Assembly (NCBI GenBank): GCA_016715625.1
Contig: JADJZU010000001.1
Span: 74,872-138,871, forward strand
Length of the DNA stretch: 64,000 bases
From: Bacteroidota bacterium
Lineage (GTDB): Bacteria; Bacteroidota; Bacteroidia; Chitinophagales; LD1
Direction: 5' to 3'
The translations under genes and the position numbers were made by a program. A model generated the notes under the pieces. That model did no database searches. It saw nothing but the letters and a program-made list of their open reading frames with translations, and was not told the origin of the DNA. Below, piece by piece: positions 28,631 through 38,080 of this stretch; position 1 is the stretch's first letter, and each line of letters opens with the position of its first letter.

Positions 28631-30547
28631 CTACTTGGCATAAAGGAAATGAGTTACCGACTGCGTTTCGGCACTGGAAATCTTCACATAATACAATCCC
28701 TGAGCAAATGGAGTCATATCAATAGTTTCTAATATTTTATTATTCACTTTCTTCTCAAACACAATCTGCCCCAAACTATTCATCAATTCCAATTTGGCAT
28801 CGGAACTAAGTAGCTCTTGGAAAAGAATATTGACAACATGGTTTGTAGGGTTAGGATACAAAACCATCTTCAGTGAATTTTGATAGTCTGACAAACCGGA
28901 TATCACAACCGTTTTGCAAGCAGTGTCGGCACCAGCCAGATTATTGACAATCAAACAAATTTCGTAAACACCATCAGTGGCATAAGTATGTGGAGCCGGG
29001 CCTTGACCGGTAGATGTGGTTCCATCTCCCCAACTCCATTGCCAGTCAGTAATCAGTTCATCTGAAGCATCAATAACATTTACGGTTTGTCCATTGAAAG
29101 AAGTATTGAACTGTGCGTTGGGCAATTCAAGAACTGAAATATTTACATCGTCAATGTCTAAGTAAAATGCATCCGGGTCGCTGTAGCATCTAAAACCAAG
29201 ATAGCTGGTTCCGGAAGTGGTAGGTTTATATGCCACTTTTTTCTCTTCGTAGTCAGAATTGCTGAGTTCTCCAAAATCCACCAGGCTTTGAGTCATAGCA
29301 GCCGGTGAGTTGTCGTTACCTAGCAACAACTCTAGTTTCTCATTAAAAACTGTTCCTTGGCTAATACCCACCTGCTCGAAAAAGCTAATCTTATAAGCAG
29401 TATTGGCAACCAGATTCAGACATGGCGAGAATAGCCAATCATTGCCACCTACTGAGGTATTATTGAAGTTGTAATAATATCGGAAATGAACTGAACCGGT
29501 GGCCGGTGCATTCGCTGAAAGATTCCAGGTAAATCCATCATTGTTTACATCCTCCGTAGTCCAGGTAAGGCCTCCCACTTCTGTGCCAAAAGTAGGCACT
29601 TCGAATCCCATTGAATACGGAATAGCGGAAGGAGCAGCGGAGATAGCAAAACCGCCAATTGTATCGTTATCGTTGATAGTATCACCGGGCAATTCTATCC
29701 AGGCGGTTATGTTATAGTTTCCGGCAGCACTAAAATCGGCTGTTGTATTAAAGCTATATGTGTAGGAAGAGTCCAATTGCAAAGGAGTGTTCAATATTAT
29801 CTTCTCTGACACTACAGGTAGAGCATTCACCTGATACTTAGCGGTTACGGAATCTATTGCAGCCAAGCCTTTATTTTTAAGAGTAATAGTAAACACCTCT
29901 GCATTACTCAACTGGCATCCATTACTCAACAGATTGCTAAATCCGGTAGCGGCCACTTCATTTAAAGAAGGGACATAAAGTTTTACATCGTCTACAAACC
30001 ACCAGTAGTCCCAAGTCCCTTTCCAGCTAAAGCGGATGTATACTTTAGACTGATTAGCGGCAACAGAGGAAACATTTATTTCTGCAAGATTGGGGTTGTT
30101 TGTTGTTTCATCTTGAGCAAAACCTATGGATGGATCGTAAACAAGTGTCCAGTTAACGGAGTCGCTGCTGATAAATACCTGCGGTGTATCCGACTGATAC
30201 TTTGCATAGTATTCATAGAAACTTAAAAACACCTTAGGGGCAGTTGAACAATCAATTGATTTGGAGGTGATGGTGGTGTATTCTTTTGTAGAACCATTTG
30301 TATCGCCATCTCCGTCACTATCCACAAGAATGCAACCCGTGGAAGCCCCTGCATAGTTTATTTGGTCAGAGGCCTGTCCGCCTGATGTGCCGTTATTCCA
30401 CTTCCACAAAACAGCACTGCCGGAATAGTGGTTCACCACGGTCCAGTTGGGGAGGTTATTGGACGAGAAATCATCCGAAAAAATGGTTTGAGCCTGCAAA
30501 GACAAAGCAGAAAAGGATACGAAAAGCAAAAAGTAAAGTCTGTTCAT
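28631..30547 (-). CDS. secreted protein with PKD domain and T9SS type A sorting domain
   Basis: Signal peptide MNRLYFLLFVSFSALSLQAQ. PKD-like WSWGDGTTSTGQGPAPHTYATDGVYEICL. C-terminus VLYPNPTNHVVNI...FLYAK. Confidence 0.75.
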   Translation of the reverse strand: MNRLYFLLFVSFSALSLQAQTIFSDDFSSNNLPNWTVVNHYSGSAVLWKWNNGTSGGQASDQINYAGASTGCILVDSDGDGDTNGSTKEYTTITSKSIDCSTAPKVFLSFYEYYAKYQSDTPQVFISSDSVNWTLVYDPSIGFAQDETTNNPNLAEINVSSVAANQSKVYIRFSWKGTWDYWWFVDDVKLYVPSLNEVAATGFSNLLSNGCQLSNAEVFTITLKNKGLAAIDSVTAKYQVNALPVVSEKIILNTPLQLDSSYTYSFNTTADFSAAGNYNITAWIELPGDTINDNDTIGGFAISAAPSAIPYSMGFEVPTFGTEVGGLTWTTEDVNNDGFTWNLSANAPATGSVHFRYYYNFNNTSVGGNDWLFSPCLNLVANTAYKISFFEQVGISQGTVFNEKLELLLGNDNSPAAMTQSLVDFGELSNSDYEEKKVAYKPTTSGTSYLGFRCYSDPDAFYLDIDDVNISVLELPNAQFNTSFNGQTVNVIDASDELITDWQWSWGDGTTSTGQGPAPHTYATDGVYEICLIVNNLAGADTACKTVVISGLSDYQNSLKMVLYPNPTNHVVNILFQELLSSDAKLELMNSLGQIVFEKKVNNKILETIDMTPFAQGLYYVKISSAETQSVTHFLYAK

Positions 30548-30576
30548 GTAGAGAATTTTTTAATTGGATGCGAATA

Positions 30577-30607
30577 AAAGAAAAAACGACTCGCTTTAGC
30601 GAGTCGT
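30577..30607 (-). terminator. rho-independent terminator downstream of the adhesin gene
   Basis: Stem ACGACTCGC (30586-30594) pairs with GCGAGTCGT (30599-30607) with a 4-nt loop. On the minus strand it is followed by TTTTTTCTTTT. Confidence 0.75.
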
Positions 30608-30635
30608 TTTGAAGGAAAAACCGAATATGAAATCT

Positions 30636-31085
30636 TTATCTTAAAATAGTGATAGATCCTTTGTAATCGTCTCTGGAGTATCCATTGATGAACACCACAT
30701 TCATCGTGTAGATATATGCCCCTCTGTCAACTAATTCTCCTTTGTATGTTCCATCCCATTGGAACTGATGATTAGAAGACGAGAAAACCATTTCGCCCCA
30801 ACGATTAAACACTTTGAAGTCTATGTATTGTATGGTATTTACATCGCCATACAATTGTAGGAAATCATTGTTGCCATCATTGTTTGGAGAGAATGCGTTC
30901 GGGATGAAAATATCCGTGATGGAGTTGACAGTAACATTTGTTTCGCTTGATGCTGAACAACCATTTTCATCTGTTACGTTTACAGTGTAAAGTGTATTGG
31001 CGATAGGGGTAGCATCTGTGTTGGCGCAGGATGAACAACTAACATTGAATGCCGGGGACCATTGGTAACTGTTGTTATGATTCAC
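30636..31085 (-). CDS. T9SS type B (gliding-motility-associated) C-terminal sorting domain segment of the SprB-repeat adhesin
   Basis: IPNAFSPNNDGNNDFLQLYG...FKVFNRWGEMVFSS...WDGTYKGELVDRGAYIYTMNV matches the CHU_C/type B CTD signature. The listed start is GTG. This frame stays open upstream to at least nt 31253. Confidence 0.8.
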   Translation of the reverse strand: MNHNNSYQWSPAFNVSCSSCANTDATPIANTLYTVNVTDENGCSASSETNVTVNSITDIFIPNAFSPNNDGNNDFLQLYGDVNTIQYIDFKVFNRWGEMVFSSSNHQFQWDGTYKGELVDRGAYIYTMNVVFINGYSRDDYKGSITILR

Positions 31086-31171
31086 ATTGGTAACAGCAGT
31101 AAGATTTGCCGATGTGCCTAAGTCAATGGTAACATCTGAATTTGTTTGAACGCTCAGTGCATAATCAAATC

Positions 31172-34100
31172 CTACATTGAAAGAAGTTTGTGCGTACAGT
31201 TTCTGGTATCTGTCACAGTAACTGCATAACTCCCGGTGGCAAGATTTGCTATGTCTTCGGTCGTTTCACCGTTACTCCAGTTAAAAGTATAGCCAGGAGT
31301 TCCACCAGTTACAATCAAGTCAACCGAACCTTTTTGAACCTGGACACATGGAGTATTAGAAACGGAAGATGAAAGAACGATGGGTGGTGTGAGACCCACT
31401 ACATTGTCATTTTGTGTAATGCAACCGTTAGCGTCTGTAATAGTTACTGAATAGTTACCCGCAGCAATATTGGCTATATCTTCTGTATTTCTGTTGTTAT
31501 TCCAGGTGAATGTGTAAGGGGACACACCACCGTTTACAGTCACATCAATTGCACCATCATTTACACCACTACAACCAACAGCTAAAACAGATGAGGATGC
31601 AGATAACACAGCCGGTTCCACAATAGAAACAGAAGCTGATTGTGTGCAATTGTTGGCATCTGTAACCACCACGCTGAAAGAGCCGGCAGCCAGAGAGTTC
31701 AGATTTTGAGTAGATGCGTTATTGCTCCATTGGTAATTATAAGGAGAGGTTCCGCCCGTTACATTTATCTGAATGCTACCATTATTCCCACCAAAGCAAG
31801 AGATATCACTTTTAACAGAGTTCACAGAAATAGATGCCGGCTGGGTAATAGTAGCTGAATTGGACGTAACACAGTTCATTGCGTCAGTCACTATTACATC
31901 ATATGTTCCTGCGCTAAGTCCACTAATATCTTCGGTGCTGGCGCTATTACTCCATACATAATTGTAGGGCAAACTTCCACCGGAAACTGATAAATCAATG
32001 CTAGCTCCGGTAGCACCAAAACAAGTCAGATTTGTGTGGCTTATAGTGGTTGAAAGTGCCGGAATAGCTTGTATAGTCGCAGATAGTGTTTGATTGCATC
32101 CATTGATATCGGTAACTACCACATCATAATTACCGGCAGAAAGGTTAGCAACATCCTCTGTGTTTGCGCTATTACTCCAAACGAAGGAGTAAGGAGCTGT
32201 GCCACCAGTTACTGTTAGATTAACCGCTCCCTGTTGCGTAGCACAAGCAAAATCGGTATGTACTTCGCTCAGGCTCATCAATACTGGCTCTGTGATAGAA
32301 ATGGAACGTTGTGCTGTGCAGGCATTTAAATCTGTAACGGTAACAGAGTAAGTAGCCGCACTTAAAGTATTAATATCTTCGGTTGTAGCCCCATTGCTCC
32401 ATACATAGGTAAAGCCTCCGTTTCCTCCAGACAGAGTAACATTAATGGCACCTGTGCTGTTACCATTACAATCCGCATTGGTATGAGTCTCTGCAATCTG
32501 AATGGCCGCTGGAGTTCCTACAACAACCGATGCTGTAGCCTGACAAGAGGCGGCATCCGTAACACTCACAGTGTAGCTACCGGCAGTTTTGTTAGTTAAA
32601 GAGGAAGTTGACTCTCCTGAATTCCAAAGATATTGATAAACATTCCCTACACCCGGAGTGCCACCAGCAACGGTTACTTGAATAGTACCGTTACTTCCAC
32701 CAAAACAAGAAACAGCTGTAGCAGATGAAGAAACCTGGATAGCAGTAGGCTGAGCCACAGTAGCCGAGGCCGTTGCATTGCAAGAGGAACCATCGGTTAC
32801 TGTTACAGAATAGTTTCCTGCAGCAATATTCCCAACATTTTGAGTAGACGCGCCATTGCTCCAAACGAAAGAAAGTGGTGCCACTCCACCGGTAACGGTA
32901 AGTTGAACAGCACCGGAGTTAGCTCCATTGCAGGTAACATTTGTTACAGCGGTAGCAAGATTCATTTGTGTAGGAGAAGTAACAGAAGCCGATAGTGTAG
33001 CTGAACAGCTATTGGCATCGGTAACGGTTACGGTGTAATTACCACTCGATAAATTATTCAAATCCTGAGTTACCGCACCATTACTCCACAAATAGCTGTA
33101 GGAAGGAGCACCACCGCTAACACTCAGGTTTACAGATCCGCCAGCGCCTCCGGAGCATTGAACATTGGTATTCACCGAACTAAGTGACAAGCCAGCCGGC
33201 TGAGTAATATTCATAGTTAAACTAGCCAGACAGTTCTGCGCATCGGTAACACTCAGTGTGTAAACACCCGCCTGACCATTCACCAAATTCTGTGCTGTAG
33301 CTCCATTGCTCCATAAATAAGTGTAGCCTCCGTTTCCGCCACTAATGGAGGTAGTAATACCTCCATTATTTCCACCGTTACAAGACACATTGCTCAATGA
33401 AACACCAATAGAGATGGCCGATGGTTGTGTTATAGCTACTGCAGTTGTGGCGCTGCAGTTATTAGCATCGTTTACAGTAACGGTATAGTTACCGGCAGCT
33501 ACACCCGACAAATCTTGTATTCCCCAACCGTTGCTCCAGGCATAGTTGTATGGCGAGGTTCCACCGCTTACTGTTAAATCAACACTTCCGGTGTTTGCGC
33601 CATTACACAATACATTCACCTTAGTAGTAGACAATGCAATAGCTGTTGGCTGAGCGATAGTAGCGGAGGCTGATGCGCTACATGTATTAGCGCCTGTAAT
33701 AGTTACGGAATATGAACCCACGGCCAATCCGGTTCTGTTAGCTGTTGTAACTCCGTCATTCCACAAATACGTGAATGGAGATGCTCCTCCGCTTACCGTT
33801 GTGTTGATAATGCCATTTGTCAACCCATTGCAGGTAATGTTTGTTTTATTGAGTGCTACAGCCGGGGCAGTAGACTGGGTAATGATGTATGACTGACTAG
33901 TGCTGCAGGAGTTATTGTCGTAAACAGTCACACTATAGTTTCCTGCTGATAGATTTGAAATGGTCGATGTGTTATTTCCATTGCTCCAGTTAAAGATAAA
34001 CGGAGCACTTCCGCCTGAAGGGCCTAAGGCCAGGCTACCTGAATTGGAAGCACTGCACAAAATATTACCCTGAGTTGGGTTCAAAACAATCGCAGATGGC

Positions 34101-37100
34101 TGGGTAAGTGTTACATTATTTAAGGAGGTGCAATTGTTGGCATCTCTAATAGTTACTGAATAGTTACCCGCTGTTACGTTAAACAAATCCTGGGTAACGT
34201 TTGAGTTACTCCATAGATATGTATAGGCACCTGTTCCACCATTTACCGTTAAATCAACACTACCGTTTGATGAGCCAAAGCAAGATGGATGATTAGCCAC
34301 TACTGAAGAAGAAATAGCGCTGGGTTGATTAACTACTATTGTAGAAGAAGCCGTGCAAGAATTAAAATCGGTTACCGTTACCGAATAATTTCCGGCACCT
34401 ATGGAAGTAATGTTTGGTGTAACCGAGGCATTATTCCATACGAAAGCATAAGGTGTTGTTCCTCCCAGTACGGCAGACGCAGCAGACCCTGAGTTCTGAC
34501 CATTGCATAGAGCATCAGATGCTGTAATAGAAACGGACAAAATTGCCGGCTGTGCAACTGTAGCAGCCACTGTTGCTGAACACGCATTAACATCTGAAAT
34601 AGTAACTGAATATAAGCCGGAGGCAAGACCTGTTCTATCTTCTGAAATTATGCCTCCACCCCAGTTGTAGCTATAAGGCGATGTGCCCCCAACTGTAGTC
34701 AGGTTGATAGCACCATTGCTGCTACCATTGCATGATACGTTAGTAACTACTACCGTTCCTGAAACTGCATTAGGTTGAACTACAGATGCTGAGTGAGTGC
34801 CTGAACATCCAAAATTATCGGTCACCGTAACAGCATAAGAACCTGCTACAAGTGAAGTTCTGTTTTGTGTAGTAACTCCACCTCCCCAGTTAAATTGATA
34901 TGGTGCAGTTCCTCCGGCTACAGTGAGTGTAACAGAACCATTACCGGCTCCAAAACAAGTAGGATGAACTACTACTGAACTGATTGTTAAGTTGGCATTC
35001 TGAATTACGATTGCCGTATGAGTGCCTGTGCAAGCGTTACCGTCTGTAACAGTCACAGTATAGGAATTAGCAGAAAGTCCTGTTCTGTCTTCTACCGTAA
35101 CGCCTCCGCCCCAGTTGTAAGAATAAACACCATTGCCACCCGTAGCTGTAATATCTATAGCACCATTACTACCGCCAGCACAAGCTACATTCGTAATTAC
35201 GGATGTGGCTGATACTATTGCTGGTTGTGTAACCACTGAAGATACAGCAGCGGTGCAAAGTAAATTATCAGTTACCGTAACGGTGTAGGTATTAGCAGCA
35301 AGAGCTGTTCTATCCTCAGAAGTTATTCCACCACCCCAGTTATAGGCATAAGGAGCACTCCCTCCTGTAACCGTTACATTGATACTACCGTTTGCAGCGC
35401 CAAAGCAAGTTGCGTTTACTACCGATGCCGCCACATTCAATGAAGTAGCCTGGTTAACGCTGGCAGTGTGCACCACAGAGCAACCGGCATTATCAGAAAT
35501 TGTTACATTATAAGTACCTGCGGCAAGTCCTGATCGGTCTTCGGAAGTAATACCACCGCCCCAGTTGTAAGAAAATGGAGCATTTACACCGGAGGGTGTA
35601 AGATTGATAGCACCATTATTACCGTTATTGCAGGTTACATTGGTAACAATAGATGATGCAGATACGGATGCTCCATCGTTTACTACAAAAGAGGAACTCG
35701 CTGTGCATCCGGCATTGTCGGTAACGGTCAAAGAATAATTTCCGGCTACTAGCGATGTTCTATCCTCTGAAGTAATCCCGCCTCCCCAGTTATAAGCATA
35801 CGGGGATACGCCTCCTGAAACGGTCACGTTTACACCACCATTGCTTCCACCCGCACAAGTTACATGAGCAACTGCAGAAGCTATAGATATCTGTGAATTC
35901 TGGCCTACTGTAGCGGAAGCCAAGCTGGTGCAAGAATGGTTATCGGATACGGTAACGGTGTATGTTCCACCGGCCACCGTGATAGAAGGAGTTGTAGCAC
36001 CATTACTCCATACATAGGTGTAAGGAGAAAAGCCGCCTGTTGTGGCCAAGGATACTGAACCATTTACAACCCCAAAACAAGTGGCGTTTACTACAGTGGC
36101 AGAAACAGAAATAGCAGAAGGCTGAGCCACTGTAATAATACCAGATAAAGCCGTGCAGCCAATGTTATCGGTTACACTCACGGTATAGTTTCCGGCACTC
36201 AAACCGGTTCGGTTAGCCGTGGTAATTCCACCGCCCCAGTTGTAGGTATAAGGTGAATTTCCATTCGATGCCGATACTGTTATACTTCCATTGCTCCATC
36301 CAAAGCAGCTCACATCATTTACCGTGGCACTGATATTAATACCAAGGCCGGGTTGAGTAACATTCACTGTTCTCGTAATGGTGCATGCATTTGAGTCTGT
36401 AACGGTTACTGTATATGCTCCGGCAGAAAGTAGAGCAATATCTTCCGTTGTAGCTCCGTTGCTCCATAAAAATGTATAAGGTGATTTTCCGTTTGTAACT
36501 GTAAGGTTAATGCTACCGGTGCTACCTCCGAAACAAACATTATTGACTTGCGTGGAGGAGGTAGCCATGGGAGTGTATGCCGGAACAGTAGAGGATGCCA
36601 TAGAGGTGCATCCGTTGGCATCTGTTACAGTTACTGAATAGTTGCCTGCATTTACATTTATTCTGTCTTGTGTTACAATACCGCCACCCCAGTTATAGCT
36701 ATAAGGGCCTACACCGCCAGCTACGCTGGTGATAACCGACCCGGTCGGACCACCGGAACAGGCTAATGGAGATGGAACAGCATTAGAAGTTAATTGTACT
36801 GGCTGTGTTATAATAGTAGAAGCTACCTTTGTGCATCCTTTGCTGTCAGTTACTGTAACCGTATAGGTGCCGGCCACAAGCCCTGTTCTGTTTTGGGTAA
36901 TAACCCCTCCACCCCAGTTGTAGCTATAAGGAGATGAACCACCGGTTACGGTTGTGTTAATAGCACCATTATTCCCTGCATAGCAAGGGATTGGAATTGG
37001 AACTAATGTGATATTAATGGCTGTTGGCTGACCCAGATTTACGGAAGCGGATGCCGTGCAACCAGTAGTAGATGTGGCAGTTACCACGTATAAACCAGCT

Positions 37101-37723
37101 GCTACACCTGTTCTGTTTTGCGTAGTAGGTCCATCGCTCCATTTAAAAGTATAAGGACCCACACTGCCTACCACATTTATTACGGTAATGCTACCGGTGC
37201 TACCACCAAAACAAGCGGGTTGAATGCTGCTGGTATTTACAGCCATTCCACCTCCAGATTGTGTAACAGTTGCAGAAATAGTAGCAGTGCAACTTGCTGC
37301 ATCCGTAACGGTTACATTATAACTACCTGCCGCGATGGCTGAGCGATCTTCGGTAACAGCACCATCACTCCACAAATAAGAATAAGGACCGGTACCAAAC
37401 TGAACAGTTAGATTAATACCACCATTGGCACCGCTACCACAGGTTACATTAGTTATAGTTCTGGAAAGCACCATACCGGATGGCTGTGTTACGTTCACTG
37501 AATCAACTTTCACACAACCATTCGCATCGGTTACGGTGCAGTAGTATACTGCTGCAGTTAAGTTAGAGCGATCTTCCGTAGTTACAAAATCATTCCAGGT
37601 ATAGTTGTAACCGGGGGTTCCACCAATCACCGATAGGTTAATAGCTCCGGTATTGCCACCTCCGCAAGATACATTGGTAACTGCAGCTGATGTTATAATG
37701 GCATTGGGCTGTGTAATAATCAC
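31172..37723 (-). CDS. SprB-repeat giant cell-surface adhesin, main body
   Basis: 2183 aa. I counted 29 copies of the Y-x-V-T-V-T-D-x-x-x-C signature at about 75-aa spacing, each preceded by C.G..NG.I......GG..PY.Y.W. This is the SprB repeat pattern. The listed start is GTG and there is no signal peptide in this frame. Confidence 0.85.
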   Translation of the reverse strand: MIITQPNAIITSAAVTNVSCGGGNTGAINLSVIGGTPGYNYTWNDFVTTEDRSNLTAAVYYCTVTDANGCVKVDSVNVTQPSGMVLSRTITNVTCGSGANGGINLTVQFGTGPYSYLWSDGAVTEDRSAIAAGSYNVTVTDAASCTATISATVTQSGGGMAVNTSSIQPACFGGSTGSITVINVVGSVGPYTFKWSDGPTTQNRTGVAAGLYVVTATSTTGCTASASVNLGQPTAINITLVPIPIPCYAGNNGAINTTVTGGSSPYSYNWGGGVITQNRTGLVAGTYTVTVTDSKGCTKVASTIITQPVQLTSNAVPSPLACSGGPTGSVITSVAGGVGPYSYNWGGGIVTQDRINVNAGNYSVTVTDANGCTSMASSTVPAYTPMATSSTQVNNVCFGGSTGSINLTVTNGKSPYTFLWSNGATTEDIALLSAGAYTVTVTDSNACTITRTVNVTQPGLGINISATVNDVSCFGWSNGSITVSASNGNSPYTYNWGGGITTANRTGLSAGNYTVSVTDNIGCTALSGIITVAQPSAISVSATVVNATCFGVVNGSVSLATTGGFSPYTYVWSNGATTPSITVAGGTYTVTVSDNHSCTSLASATVGQNSQISIASAVAHVTCAGGSNGGVNVTVSGGVSPYAYNWGGGITSEDRTSLVAGNYSLTVTDNAGCTASSSFVVNDGASVSASSIVTNVTCNNGNNGAINLTPSGVNAPFSYNWGGGITSEDRSGLAAGTYNVTISDNAGCSVVHTASVNQATSLNVAASVVNATCFGAANGSINVTVTGGSAPYAYNWGGGITSEDRTALAANTYTVTVTDNLLCTAAVSSVVTQPAIVSATSVITNVACAGGSNGAIDITATGGNGVYSYNWGGGVTVEDRTGLSANSYTVTVTDGNACTGTHTAIVIQNANLTISSVVVHPTCFGAGNGSVTLTVAGGTAPYQFNWGGGVTTQNRTSLVAGSYAVTVTDNFGCSGTHSASVVQPNAVSGTVVVTNVSCNGSSNGAINLTTVGGTSPYSYNWGGGIISEDRTGLASGLYSVTISDVNACSATVAATVAQPAILSVSITASDALCNGQNSGSAASAVLGGTTPYAFVWNNASVTPNITSIGAGNYSVTVTDFNSCTASSTIVVNQPSAISSSVVANHPSCFGSSNGSVDLTVNGGTGAYTYLWSNSNVTQDLFNVTAGNYSVTIRDANNCTSLNNVTLTQPSAIVLNPTQGNILCSASNSGSLALGPSGGSAPFIFNWSNGNNTSTISNLSAGNYSVTVYDNNSCSTSQSYIITQSTAPAVALNKTNITCNGLTNGIINTTVSGGASPFTYLWNDGVTTANRTGLAVGSYSVTITGANTCSASASATIAQPTAIALSTTKVNVLCNGANTGSVDLTVSGGTSPYNYAWSNGWGIQDLSGVAAGNYTVTVNDANNCSATTAVAITQPSAISIGVSLSNVSCNGGNNGGITTSISGGNGGYTYLWSNGATAQNLVNGQAGVYTLSVTDAQNCLASLTMNITQPAGLSLSSVNTNVQCSGGAGGSVNLSVSGGAPSYSYLWSNGAVTQDLNNLSSGNYTVTVTDANSCSATLSASVTSPTQMNLATAVTNVTCNGANSGAVQLTVTGGVAPLSFVWSNGASTQNVGNIAAGNYSVTVTDGSSCNATASATVAQPTAIQVSSSATAVSCFGGSNGTIQVTVAGGTPGVGNVYQYLWNSGESTSSLTNKTAGSYTVSVTDAASCQATASVVVGTPAAIQIAETHTNADCNGNSTGAINVTLSGGNGGFTYVWSNGATTEDINTLSAATYSVTVTDLNACTAQRSISITEPVLMSLSEVHTDFACATQQGAVNLTVTGGTAPYSFVWSNSANTEDVANLSAGNYDVVVTDINGCNQTLSATIQAIPALSTTISHTNLTCFGATGASIDLSVSGGSLPYNYVWSNSASTEDISGLSAGTYDVIVTDAMNCVTSNSATITQPASISVNSVKSDISCFGGNNGSIQINVTGGTSPYNYQWSNNASTQNLNSLAAGSFSVVVTDANNCTQSASVSIVEPAVLSASSSVLAVGCSGVNDGAIDVTVNGGVSPYTFTWNNNRNTEDIANIAAGNYSVTITDANGCITQNDNVVGLTPPIVLSSSVSNTPCVQVQKGSVDLIVTGGTPGYTFNWSNGETTEDIANLATGSYAVTVTDTRNCTHKLLSM

Positions 37724-37764
37724 AGAAAGAGTGCCTGTGGCACCTGAAAAATCTGTAACAGTGA

Positions 37765-37869
37765 TCAGGTAACATGCGAATGTGTTTCAGAGATGGTGAC
37801 CGCTGATGCAATCTCGGCAATTGCGACTAACAATGTCACTAAGCAAAATGCTCGTGTAATTTTTTTCAT
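37765..37869 (-). CDS. signal-peptide-encoding 5' fragment of the adhesin gene (different frame)
   Basis: ATG at 37869 gives MKKITRAFCLVTLLVAIAEIASA-VTISETHSHVT-stop. It overlaps the upstream-open part of the main adhesin frame, which reads NTFACYLITVTDFSGATGTLSVIITQP. Confidence 0.55.
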   Translation of the reverse strand: MKKITRAFCLVTLLVAIAEIASAVTISETHSHVT

Positions 37870-38023
37870 ATCGGTTCCTTTTTTTAATACGCTGACAGGG
37901 CCTTCAGTTCTGTCATGGGTATTGTTACGCTTCGGGAATCCAAAATGTTACATTCTGCAGTTGCTTTGTTAAAAAAACCGGGAATTGCAGGCAATATCAA
38001 GCCGGAATCAACCAAAACAGAAA

Positions 38024-38051
38024 TAAAAAAGCCCGTCTGTCCAAGACGGGC
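38024..38051 (-). terminator. rho-independent terminator
   Basis: Stem GCCCGTCT (38031-38038) pairs with AGACGGGC (38044-38051). On the minus strand it is followed by TTTTTTA, just downstream of the 38081 stop. Confidence 0.75.
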
Positions 38052-38080
38052 CTTCGATGAAACTATGAGTAATTTGAGTT

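Larger units (their letters stand above)
30636..37869 (-). pseudogene. single SprB-repeat/type B CTD adhesin gene interrupted by two frame changes (real pseudogene or assembly indels)
   Basis: The signal-peptide fragment, repeat body and CTD lie head-to-tail on one strand in three frames. Repeat consensus continues across both junctions. Confidence 0.55.

Noticed and set aside
31190-37342. Short ORFs lie inside or antisense to the SprB-repeat gene (for example 34399-34626, 35018-35212, 36406-36621, 37118-37342).
   Set aside because: They are alternative-frame artefacts of a long repetitive gene with biased composition.
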